From positions 12,492,633 through 12,556,632 of the forward strand of contig OZ037769.1 in assembly GCA_964035545.1 (NCBI GenBank): a DNA stretch of 64,000 nt. Reading direction: 5' to 3'. Under the pieces are notes generated by a model. That model was not told where the DNA came from and did no database searches. It was given only the letters and a program-made list of their open reading frames with translations. Below are positions 50,401-62,200 of the stretch, one piece after another. Source of the DNA: Bugula neritina (Eukaryota > Animalia > Bryozoa). The translations under genes were made by a program, and so were the position numbers. Position 1 is the stretch's first letter; every line of letters starts with the position of its first letter.

Positions 50401-52718
50401 ATTAGTTCACATCAACCTGTACTTAACTAGTAGCCGCCCCCCTGTTCGACCAATCAAAAGTTTGGTGGCGCCATCTCCCTCATAATGTAATACAGTTAGA
50501 CCATCACGTGATCAAAACTGACTGCGAATTACCTTCATCTCAGCGCTGACTGGTTTGGTCTCGGCTACTTCAGCCTGCTCCCCGTTGGTTTGGGGTGGGT
50601 TCTGCTCAGTGGTTGTAGTGCCACTCATCTCGTCCTACAAAAAAATTGTGAGAAATGAACTGGAATGATGAGCACTGAATAACATTAACTTTCAGTTAGA
50701 GGTAGGTGCAGTAATGGGGGAATTGAGAAAAGCCTGTGTTCTAGATTAGAAATGTAGCAAAAGAATTTCAACCTGTGCCCCACACCAAAATTTATAGAAC
50801 TTAAACTATCTCAATTTCTCCACTACTGCTCCTAAGTGTCAGTTAAGCCTACGTGCCACCTTACCAATCACTCTCGTGCAGTGAATATCTAATGATGTCA
50901 ATGTGAATATTAACATGATTCAAATAGGATTAATCACTCCTTATCTGTGCTTGGGCCTTTGCATTTCTTATTGTAAACTCATATTGGAGTATGAAAATAC
51001 TTTTACCCATTTTCAGTAACTAGAAGACCTGGCTAATACCAAATAGATTACTAGCTAGTCAACAACTACAGTGAAATAATAAAATATTTACCAACTGCTG
51101 GCATTATTCAAAACATTCTGCATCAAGTGTAATAATTCTAAAAAGTTTTTCAATACGTTTTAGCAACAGCCCCAATTGAAATTTACAGAGTTGTACTATG
51201 ATTGCCTGAGTAACTTATTGATTATCCTAATCATATTTTTATTATAATATAATACTCAACAATCCAGAGATCAACTTATAAATCAATGAAGTAAAAACTA
51301 CGCTTTACAAAACAAAACTCAATTTTTCAGGTGTTGCACACATTAATGGCCACCATGAAAATCACAATGATGGTCTCAATTTCACACTAATACATGCCAG
51401 TGTAAATCATATTCATGCTGCAACTGAGATAAATTGGTTAATATTTTGAGAATTGATTTAGGTCCTTGCCTAATTTTCATCAACAAAAACTTCAGCAAAT
51501 CATTCAGGTGAGCAGAAACAGAGAGTTATCAAAATGAGTATGAGTGAACTAAAAGTCGCAGTGGAGAGTTTAATTAAGATCTAACTAGAACAGCTAAGTC
51601 AAAATTGGCAAGTGTGATTCCAAATCTACTGTGACAACAAAACCAACAACGTCTATTTACAATGCAAGGCTCAGTCTAATTGCTGACTGACACCAACAAC
51701 ACAACAGATTTAACAATTTTGAACTTTAATTTGCTTTAACTTTTACCTAAATTAAAATAAGGATGTTGGGCTACTATCCTGGTATTTACCAAAATAATGA
51801 TATTTCAGTAATTAGGCCTTTACTGTTATTAAAATAATCAATAACTAGAAATAAACGTACTACTACAACTACTATTACTGTACCAGTAGTCTAGTACTAG
51901 CATTACTATACCTATACCTAATAAGTATATATGAGCTACTATAATTATAATATCACTAGTTATTACACTTACTTATTATTATGTATAGTTATTGCCTATT
52001 GGTGTTACTATTACTACTACTAATCTTAGAGTAAGTCTATTACCATTAGCCATTAGCTTAAGCATTGCACTTGTGATTCAAATAACACTTATAGACAGTT
52101 ATACTTACATTCATAACTTACAGTTATACTATTACTCATTACTGTATTAGTATTACATTTACTAACACTGACACTAACAGTAACGCTAACGGTAAGGGTA
52201 GTAAGACTAAGAGTGTAAGAGTAACTGTAAGTGTAACACAAACCGCCGCAAAAAATGAATTGACTATTGAAATTGCTATTAGTATTAGTATTACTATTAC
52301 TATTAGTATTTATAATTCTCATAATAAATAATGCTGATGTGATGGTGATAGTGTTGCTATTGATTACAAGTTTATATTCATGTTGAGCTGTTCAGTTTGA
52401 GTTTGACTTTCACTTTGAGCTTATGAATCAGAATGAGAATCAGAATGGAACTTGAAGTTGATGCTAACAGTAAAACTAAAAGTAAGAGTAAGTGAGGCTA
52501 AGCTAGTAAGTGCATCATCATTACAACAAATTAAAAACATAATTACAGCATTTTCTTATAACTTCAAATTGGAAACCTAAGCTAAAACGCACAGATAATT
52601 ACTACGACATTAACTGTGAGCCAGTGGCTGTGAGGTGCGAGCCGGTGCGTGAGAAACGTACAAAAACAAAAATCAAAGCGATTACAAAAGTGAGAAAGTA
52701 GGGATAAATTACCTTCAT
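44427..52718 (-). CDS. RBMS: RBMS/MSSP-family two-RRM RNA-binding protein (alan shepard/sup-26-like), ~474 aa
   Basis: Exons 52718-52713 (tentative), 50634-50533, 49257-49129, 48670-48533, 48218-48050, 47828-47737 (or 47728), 47360-47237, 46249 (or 46267)-46048, 45819-45701, 45006-44822, 44585-44427. RRM1 [11 protein letters not shown]...KCKGYGFVDF; linker [19 protein letters not shown]; RRM2 [10 protein letters not shown]...[11 protein letters not shown]. The 5' exons are less certain. Confidence 0.92.
50703..50834. mobile_element. MITE family C, complete copy
   Basis: TAGGTGCAGTAATGGGGGAATTGAGA ... TCTCAATTTCTCCACTACTGCTCCTA terminal inverted repeats. Confidence 0.8.
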
Positions 52719-53273
52719 AATATGAATAATAACTCTTCAGTAAATATCGGTTAAATGCGGCTAAATATGGCGACACAACACTGAAGGGGTTCATATACGG
52801 TCCCTTCAGAAATTTGTGTCAAAAATATTATAAAATACAGAAAAAGGCTTAGTAATATCTACCGCGAACATCAGCGGAAGCTTGAAATGATTGACATCTG
52901 GCAATTAGGTCATCAATGGGCGGAGAATAGCCATTTTATCTGCCGGCTGTCCTTTTCACCGCCTCGTTATCTCGCATTCAGTATTGATCGAGAGCTTAGT
53001 ATTAGCTAAATGAATTTTCCGTAGGTAAAAATAACTTCAGATTTTAAGATGAGTTACTTTACGTATAAAGTCCAACAGAGCTAGCGCTACCTTCGTATTG
53101 AAGCATCAACTAACCGAGAGAAAAATATTGCGTTTTCTTCTCGAACAACTATTATTAATAACTCTAAATCTAATACTAATAGTAATAGTTGTATAAATTA
53201 AAATTTAGGCGGCATTTTTAGTGTGAAAATCAACGCTTGTAATTTGACTCTTAGAAAAGCTTAAATCCACGAA
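52719..53273. promoter_or_regulatory. Putative bidirectional promoter RBMS / API5
   Basis: About 550 bp between divergent start codons, locally CpG-richer. YY1-like ATGGCG (near 52767) and GCCATTTT (52930), and GGGCGG (52918). Confidence 0.6.
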
Positions 53274-56200
53274 ATGGCAACACTTGAAGAACTATATCAG
53301 TATTATGAAGTGCTTAGTGATGCTAAAGACAAAGCTGGAGAAGTAAGTTCAAGTTCGCCACGCTAGAATTTCCCCAAACATCGTGGTCGTGATCCTTTTC
53401 ATATTGAATTTGATTTGTCAAAATATTTATAATGACATTGCTTTAGTTAATAGTCATAAATCATGATTATGATTGTCCTTGTGATTGTAACAAATACTAT
53501 GTAAGGACTCAAGATTTGCTTAAGAAAGTTCTTTAGCAATATTGATATTCACTTCAGTAAATAGAAATTGTTTTTTTTTCTAGCATGAAGCGGGGTTTCT
53601 TGCTATCATAGCATCAGTTAAAGGTGATGCCAAAGAGAAAAGGTTGGCTTCACAGCTTATCTCAAGGTTCTTCAAATATTTTCCCCAGCATATGGAGAAA
53701 GCAATGAACGCCCAACTTGATCTCTGCGAAGATGAAGATGTTAATGTAAGCTCTAAGTCTAACAACTGTTCACTAAAATTAAATCCAAGTTAAAATGGTA
53801 CTGAGTATATGCGATAATACAGAATGAGTGGAATAATATATCTACATCTATATTTACTGCTTATGTCAAACCACTTAATCAAATCAATTTTGAATTAAAC
53901 TGTTTTGATTCAAATATTTTGTGATTTACCAAGCACAAAACTATCTCTTAATTTGCAGTAAAGTTTGAACCCTTACAATGGCAGTAAAGGCAGAGTTTTA
54001 CTTATCGTACTAATGTGCTATAGCATCTTACAACCTGTGTTTAGTGTTTCCTATTTGCAATGTTTATCAAATAAGGTTCTAGCCTTAGTGAACGGATATT
54101 TAGTTATTACTGAATGTGTTTAAACACCCACCAACCTGTTTGTTGTGAGCAGATTAGAAAGCAAGCAATCAAAGATTTACCGTCCATTTGTAAAGAGTCT
54201 CCTGAAAACTTGCCTAGGATTGCCGACGTTTTGACTCAGCTGCTACAGACCGATGACAGCACCGAGCACAACCTAGTTCAGATTGCATTGCTCAATCTCA
54301 TGAGGAGTGACATCAAGGGTTAGTAGTTTCCACTTGTAAGCTCTGTAAGCTCACACCCCCATCGACTTGTACATTCTAAGTTAACAAAGCTCAGGCTATA
54401 GTAACCTATCACCAAATGAACTGGTGATCTCAATGCGGATTCTTTTCTGTTGGGTATAGAATGATACTTTTAGTTACTTTCCATTTAGCCATCAGTTTGA
54501 TCAAATTATTCAAAAAGTATGCAGTGTTTACGGACTATTCTCCATTATAGTGAAAAAAGCAATGTTTTTAATTTTGTAACGTTGCACACCAAAGTCGTAA
54601 TCTCTCTAGGCAGATTATTACATTATGAAGATAATAATTATACCTATTGCAATAGTTCCCTGGTCACACCTAAATACTAGATATGCTATAACTGTGGTGT
54701 AATACGTTGACACATCAGCTCATGTGTTTGCAGGTGCTCTGCAGGGCATATTCACTCAGATTATCAACGGTGATGACACGGTTAGAGAGAAGGCAATCAA
54801 GTTCCTGTCAGTGAGACTCAAGTCTTTAGGAGAAGATTTGGTGTCTGCCAAGATTGAGGAGTTTATTGTAGAGGAATCTAAAAAGGTGATTTGCATTATT
54901 ATTATTGGTTTATAAAAATTTATGAGCCATCTTACTTAATTTAGTACGCACTCGAAATTTCAAGTTTTAGCTATTTTTCACAATTTAGCTGCCAATTTAT
55001 ACAGGGTTTTGCCCAAAACTAACAAAATATTAATAAATCCAAATCAAGGTTCTTTTTAATTTTGCTTAATTTGCCATGTTTTTCTTAATTATTCAGATAA
55101 TTTGGAGTTGTGGACCATCACGAAAAACCCGTGAAGGTCTGCAAATCTAAATTATTAACTAATTACTCGTAATTAGGAAAAAAGATAGCAAATCAAGCAA
55201 AATTAAAAATAATCTCAATTATTTCGTTGTATGTATTAATATTTTGTTAGTTTTGGGCGAAACCCGTATAAATTGGCAACTAAATTGTGAAAAATAGCTA
55301 AAGACTGAAGATTTCCAGTGTGGACTAAATTAAGTAAAATTTATATATTTTACCAAAAGTAGTTACACAACACTGTAAGAAAACTTTGGATGAACATAAC
55401 TGGAATCATGTTCATTTAGATGTGACAGAACAATATCTTAGTGATTTGCTTATTCGTATATTTACAAAAGTTGTTCATTTTTCTTCTATTATAATACTGG
55501 TAGTTTGCTTTGTCAGTTCTCTTGTGTTGGATAACTAAACTGTTTACTCCTTTATTAAAGCGTTTTTACATGTCAATTTTGTTTATGTATATTTACGAGA
55601 AAACTCGCAAATAACTGCTGCCTGTCTCTGCACCAGGTCCTGCAAGACGTGACTGCTGATGAGTTCCTCATGTTCATGACTATCCTCTCCGGGTTAAAGT
55701 GCATGCAGACCCTGGTGGGGAGACAACACCTCGTAGATATTATATCACAGCAAGCTGGATTTGATTCCGACTTTGAGGTATTGCAAGATTGTTACTTTGA
55801 TTTGTTATTCAAATTGTGCTATAGAAAAGTTCTGTTTGAATTTTTACCTTTCAGCTTCTATAATAATTTATTTCACCTGATAAAAATGATTGCATAATAA
55901 GCAGACGGCTCTAGACTGTTTTGCTTTTCAACCAATCATTCGGTATTATTCAGTCATCATGGCCATTCTTTTACTTTATAATAACTCTTCAAATCATATT
56001 ACTATTTATTAGCTTTATATTACTAGTTATTAGCACTATATTACTAGTTATTAGCACTATATTACTAGTTATTAGCACTATATTACTAGTTATTAGCTTT
56101 ATATTACTAGTTATTAGCACTATATTACTAGTTATTAGCACTATATTACTAGTTATTAGCACTATATTACTAGTTATTAGCACTATATTACTAGTTATTA

Positions 56201-59200
56201 GCACTATATTACTAGTTATTAGCACTATATTACTAGTTATTACCAGTATATTACTAGTTATTAGCACTATATTACTAGTTATTAGCACTATATTACTAGT
56301 TATTAGCACTATATTACTAGTTATTAGCTCTATATTACTAGTTATTAGCACTATATTACTAGTTATTACCAGTATATTACTAGTTATTAGCACTATATTA
56401 CTAGTTATTAGCACTATATTACTAGTTATTAGCACTATATTACTAGTTATTAGCACTATATTACTAGTTATTAGCACTATATTACTAGTTATTACCAGTA
56501 TATTACTAGTTATTAGCACTATATTACTAGTTATTACCAGTATATTACTAGTTATTACCAGTATATTACTAGTTATTAGCACTATATTACTAGTTATTAC
56601 CAGTATATTACTAGTTATTAGCACTATATTACTAGTTATTACCAGTATATTACTAGTTATTAGCACTATATTACTAGTTATTAGCACTATATTACTAGTT
56701 ATTAGCACTATATTACTAGTTATTACCAGTATATTACTAGTTATTAGCACTATATTACTAGTTATTAGCACTATATTACTAGTTATTAGCTCTATATTAC
56801 TAGTTATTAGCACTATATTACTAGTTATTAGCACTATATTACTAGTTATTAGCACTATATTACTAGTTATTAGCACTATATTACTAGTTATTACCAGTAT
56901 ATTACTAGTTATTAGCACTATATTACTAGTTATTACCAGTATATTACTAGTTATTACCAGTATATTACTAGTTATTAGCACTATATTACTAGTTATTACC
57001 AGTATATTACTAGTTATTAGCACTATATTACTAGTTATTACCAGTATATTACTAGTTATTAGCACTATATTACTAGTTATTAGCACTATATTACTAGTTA
57101 TTAGCTCTATATTACTAGTTATTAGCACTATATTACTAGTTATTAGCACTATATTACTAGTTATTAGCTCTATATTCTTATTTATTAAAACTATATTACT
57201 AGTATTTATGATGTTTTACTGCTCATTTACACTATTAGCCAGTTATCTTTACTGAATTACTATTTTAATGCTATGTCACATGTTGTGCACTTTATATTGT
57301 TGGTAGTTGTCTGTCCTACATTACTACTTCTGTTCACACAGGCCCAAGACTCTGATTGTGTAGATAGGATTGTATCCTGTACCCAGCAAGCTATCCCAAT
57401 GTTCTCTGTGAGTATACCCTCTACCTTTGTACATTGTAGTAACAGCTGTTGTGACAGTTACCTGCTTGTTCACTAGTACAGTGCTCCCTCTATATCTCAT
57501 GGTTACATTTCTTTAAAAATTCTATAGGTCCTGAGAAGGGCTTAGTTTTCCATTTTGGGGTTTATGTATGTGTGTATAAGGACAAAATGGCAGAATTTAA
57601 CAGATCCGTGAGTTAAATTGGTATTCTACTCTGTAACGAATTGAGGTTTTGGGACACGCAGCTTAGTGAGATATGGAGGGAGCACTATATTAAAAAGCTT
57701 CAATGAAAAGTACTAGTAGTTGTTTTCTCATGAATCTACAAGTATATTTAGAAGACAATTCCATAATATTGTTTGCTTTGCAGAAAAATGTCCACTCAAC
57801 GAAGTTTATGTCTTACTACATGGACCAAGTGGTTGGTAAGATAGCCAGTGTAGCCAACATGGAGGAGGGAGAGGACACCAAGCTGGAGGTGCTCAAACAG
57901 CTGGCTGACATGGCACAGTGGTGCCCTGAGCTGGAGAACCTGCCTGAGAAACTGGCCAACCTGTACACAGCTATCAAGGTTAGTCATCTTCTTCCTTCAC
58001 TGTCTTAGTGGTGTGTAGTGGAGAGGTGCAGCTGGTTGGTGTTGGACTGTGCTGTTGATATCTGTCTGTGTTATATTACTATATTATTATATTACTATAT
58101 TCTTATATTACTATATTCTTATATTACTGTATTATTATATTACTGTATTATTCTATTACTGTATTACTATATTCTTATATTACTATATTCTTATATTACT
58201 ATATTCTTATGTTACTGTATTACTATATTCTTATATTACTGTAGCACTATGTTATTATATTACGGTATTACTATGTTACTATATTCTTATATTACTATAT
58301 TACTGTGTTACTATATTCCTATATTACTATATTCTTATATTACTATGTTCTTATATTACTATATTACTCGGTATTATTATATTAGTATAGTCTTAAATTG
58401 TTGGAATGTTATATTGCTATATTTTTATATTAATATGTTCTTATATTACTGTCTCGCTATATTTTTATATTGCTGCGAGACTATATTCTTATATTACTGT
58501 TATATGATTCGATTGTGTGGGCAATGTGTTGTAGTGTAGATCTTGTAGTGTATTAATATATTATGTCGTGTAGATATAGTAATGTAGGCTAGATAATATA
58601 GTGATGTAGACATTGTAGTCATGTTCAGTTAGCCAGTGCATATAATATGATGTGCTGTACAAGATCTACTCCAAGTATTTCATCAGATAATATAATAACA
58701 TGGCTGTGTTACTACACACTGGACTGTTTGGCTCATAAACTAGTGTCAGCATAGAGATGCCAACTCTGTTATCTCCACATCTCCTCTATTAAATCACTGC
58801 TGCCTATTATGCTGTACTGTGCATTTCCCACACCAGCTGTGAACATAAAGTAGGCTAGCTGAAGTGTGCTGCTCACAGTGTGGTGTGAAATGCTGCCAGG
58901 TTATTCTGGCAGCCTGCAGCTACTGAATAGTTCTATATTTAGACACTATATTTTTGAGCTTTAAATGCTTGTAGCTTCCTTGTTTGACAGCTGAAAATAT
59001 TGCATGTATAAACTTTTTAATCCAACTTCTAAAAATTTAGATTTTCATTCTGTCATTACAAACAAGTCACTATTCTTGCTGTCACAACAGCATCATGATA
59101 GTTGATTAACTCATTCCTCAACCATATGGCTCAAAAACTTAAGTTTTGGTGCATATTAGGTTTATTGTAGTCGGGAAAATGTGAATAACAGAGTGGTAAT

Positions 59201-62200
59201 TTCTTAGCTAAGTTGAGTAGCTCAGTTTCTTAATTTTTTATTAAAAATCAAATTATAAAATTAATTTTAATGTAGAGGCAGTGCTGAAAATCATTCTATA
59301 AGCATTAACTTTTTGAGAAACAGTGATAGGAGGAGATATTTTTGTCCAAGGTGGTCATCAGTAATAGGTGATGTGACCTTTTATCTAACTTTTATCTAGA
59401 CGTGACCTTAAGCTCAGAAAGCTCTGTCCACCAACGTTGTCTACTTGTCATGTTGCAGGAGTACATGCCTATACCTCCGCCAGAAGTTGTGGATGTGGAG
59501 AAGTCGGAGGGTGCGGGTGAGGCCCCCGCCCTGCAGTTCTCCTACGTAGAGTGTCTCCTCTTCACTCTCCACCACCTCGGAAAGAAATGTCCAGAGTTCC
59601 TCTCGGCCGCAGACAACGCGGAGGTGACGGAAAGGATGAAAGACTTCAAGATGAGGTAGACTGGCAGCAAAGCTAGTTCAAGGGTCAAATAATGTGTTTT
59701 ACTATTTGTTGTAATTGTTAGAAATTATGATTGTGATAGCATGATGTCCGTCCTGAGGTTGTTTGATCTGTGGACATCATACTTTCCATGTAGCAAGTAG
59801 TTGTGTTCATGGCGTGTTTCCACTGTGTGCTCCCTCCGTATCTCACTAAGCTAGGAGTCCCGAAACCTCAATTCGTGACATAGTAGAATACTAGATTTAC
59901 TTTATGGATCAGTTTAAGTTGGCCATTTTGTCCCTATGCACGCATACATAAGTGGGGGTCCAAGCCCTTCTCATGACCAATGGAGTTTTGTGAGATCTGT
60001 GAGATACAGAGGAAGCACTGTATTGTGTACAGCTACACTATAATCGTGACTGATTGATTATCCAACAGGTTGCAATATTTCGCCCGGGGAGTTGCCTCCT
60101 ACATCAAGCAGCTCAAGACTGACCTTCAAGGCAAGAAGCCGGAGAAACTCCAGTCTGATGAGGTTTGCAATTTATTTGGTGCTAATATCTGTGTAGACAG
60201 TATAACTATATATCTATGAGCACAAGTAGAGAGTTCGAGCTGCATAGGTGTTGGCAAAATGGGGCTCTGTCACAGGAGTGTAGACAGAATTTGTAAGGGG
60301 TTCTGTCACATGAGTGTAGAGAGAAGGGGTTGAGGGATCACACCTCATGTATCACGGTGTAGTTACTTTCACTCACCATGTGTGTGTGTGTTGCCCACAC
60401 TGTGATGTTTTGTAGTGAGTAGATTGCCATCAGTTACCAGTGTCTCACCCTATCAATCAGCTGTAGTATAGTGTCAGCGTAGTCTTTAGATGTCTTGTTT
60501 AAGAGAATATGATGGTAGAATAAGTAGACACAGAGTGGTCTCAGGGTACCTGTCTAAACTACAGGGACACCTCTGTGACGTACCATATGTGCAGTAGAAC
60601 CTCATAGCATCAGTTCTGTAGCTCAAGTCCTTAACATGAGAAATATTAGCTTTAGTTTCAGTAGTTCAAATTCTGCTGGACACCACGTAGCCCATGCTAA
60701 AGTTATGAGTTGGTGCTTTTCCTGGTATATTATTAAACTGAGTCATTATCATCTCCTGCTGCCGCTGACAGGACAAGGTGAAGCTGGCAGCGTACAAGAC
60801 CACCACCAACATTCAGCAGATTATCAAGGACCTCATGCACGTTCCTCCCAGCTACAAGGTGCAGGTGAAACTCTCCTGGAAACCTTCCGCTGCCGAGCCT
60901 GTTGCCGTGGCAACTAAACGCCCGTCTCTCGATTCCAACAAAACAACTCCTAAAGCAGCAAAAGTTGGCGCCGCTCACATGGACAGGGTCATGTATGCGC
61001 CCCCTACTGGAAAGTTTAGCTCCAAGGCAGGATCTGCTCCAGGTACACATATTATACTCTCTCTCAGGTATATCATACTCTCTCAGGTATATCATACTCC
61101 CTCAGGTATATCATACTCCCTCAGGTATATCATACTCTCTCAGGTATATCATACTCTGTCAGGTATATCATACTCTGTCAGGTATATCCTACTCTCTCTC
61201 TCAGGTATATCATACTCTCTCTCAGGTATATCATACTCTGTCAGGTATATCATACTCTCAGGTATATCATACTCTCAGGTATATCATGCTCTCTCTCAGG
61301 TGTATCATACTCTCTCTCTCAGGTATATCATACTCTCTCTCTCTCAGGTATATCATACTCTCTCAGGTATATCATACTCTCTCAGGTATATCATACTCTC
61401 TCAGGTATATCATACTCTCTCAGGTATATCCTACTCTCTCTCAGGTATATCCTACTCTCTCTCAGGTATATCATACTATTATCAGCTGCACACAGAAACA
61501 TCAGAGTTTCTTTCCAAACTAAGAACAGTCTCTAATAAACAATGGAGTTGGCATTTGTCAATTTTTCTTCCCAGTCTGACTGCAAAAATATAGTGTATGC
61601 AGTGTGGTGGTGCTACACTAGCAAGTTGGGAGGGATGCTAATTATTCATTCTTTCTCATCAAATCAGTAGCATAATATTTTCATTGGCTCTGTATGAGCT
61701 AATAAATAGCCTGTCAGTATCAAGGGTCAAATACATGATGTGGAAAACATGGACCCACAGTCCAAAGTCTTGTTACAGAGCTTGTTGTGGCATGGAGCCG
61801 TCAATCTATGCATACTTTGGCTCTGAGAAAGCAATCACAGCACATCATAATGGTGATGAGCTGTGTTGTTGAATGTCACTTTGGTGAGGCAAAGTTATGT
61901 TTGGAAACTGTTTCCATAGTCTACCACTGTGTAGTCAGCATGGAGTCCATCTCACACATACTCGCTAACTTTGTTTTTGGATCAGATACTTGCGTATGTT
62001 TATTTGAAGGGTAGGTAAATGTTTGTGGAAACTGTAGGCAATGAATGTAGCAGTTTTGAAAATATCAGGCTTCCCATAAGTAAAGGTTGTTACTGGGAAA
62101 CTATAATACAGTGTTCTCTCTATATCTCACTAAGCTGCCGATTTGTGATTAGTAGAATACCAGATTTAACTCACCAATTTTGTTCCTATACACACAAAAG

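Noticed and set aside
55996-57206. CRISPR-like array
   Set aside because: Contiguous tandem units with no unique spacers, no cas genes and a eukaryotic context.
55921-57255. 444-aa and 386-aa ORFs (poly-ILLVIST / poly-LITSNIV) as genes
   Set aside because: They arise from a 21-bp intronic minisatellite; API5 exons 5 and 6 splice cleanly around it.
58018-58539. Tyr/Ile/Leu-rich ORFs
   Set aside because: Translations of a degenerate 16-bp intronic repeat.
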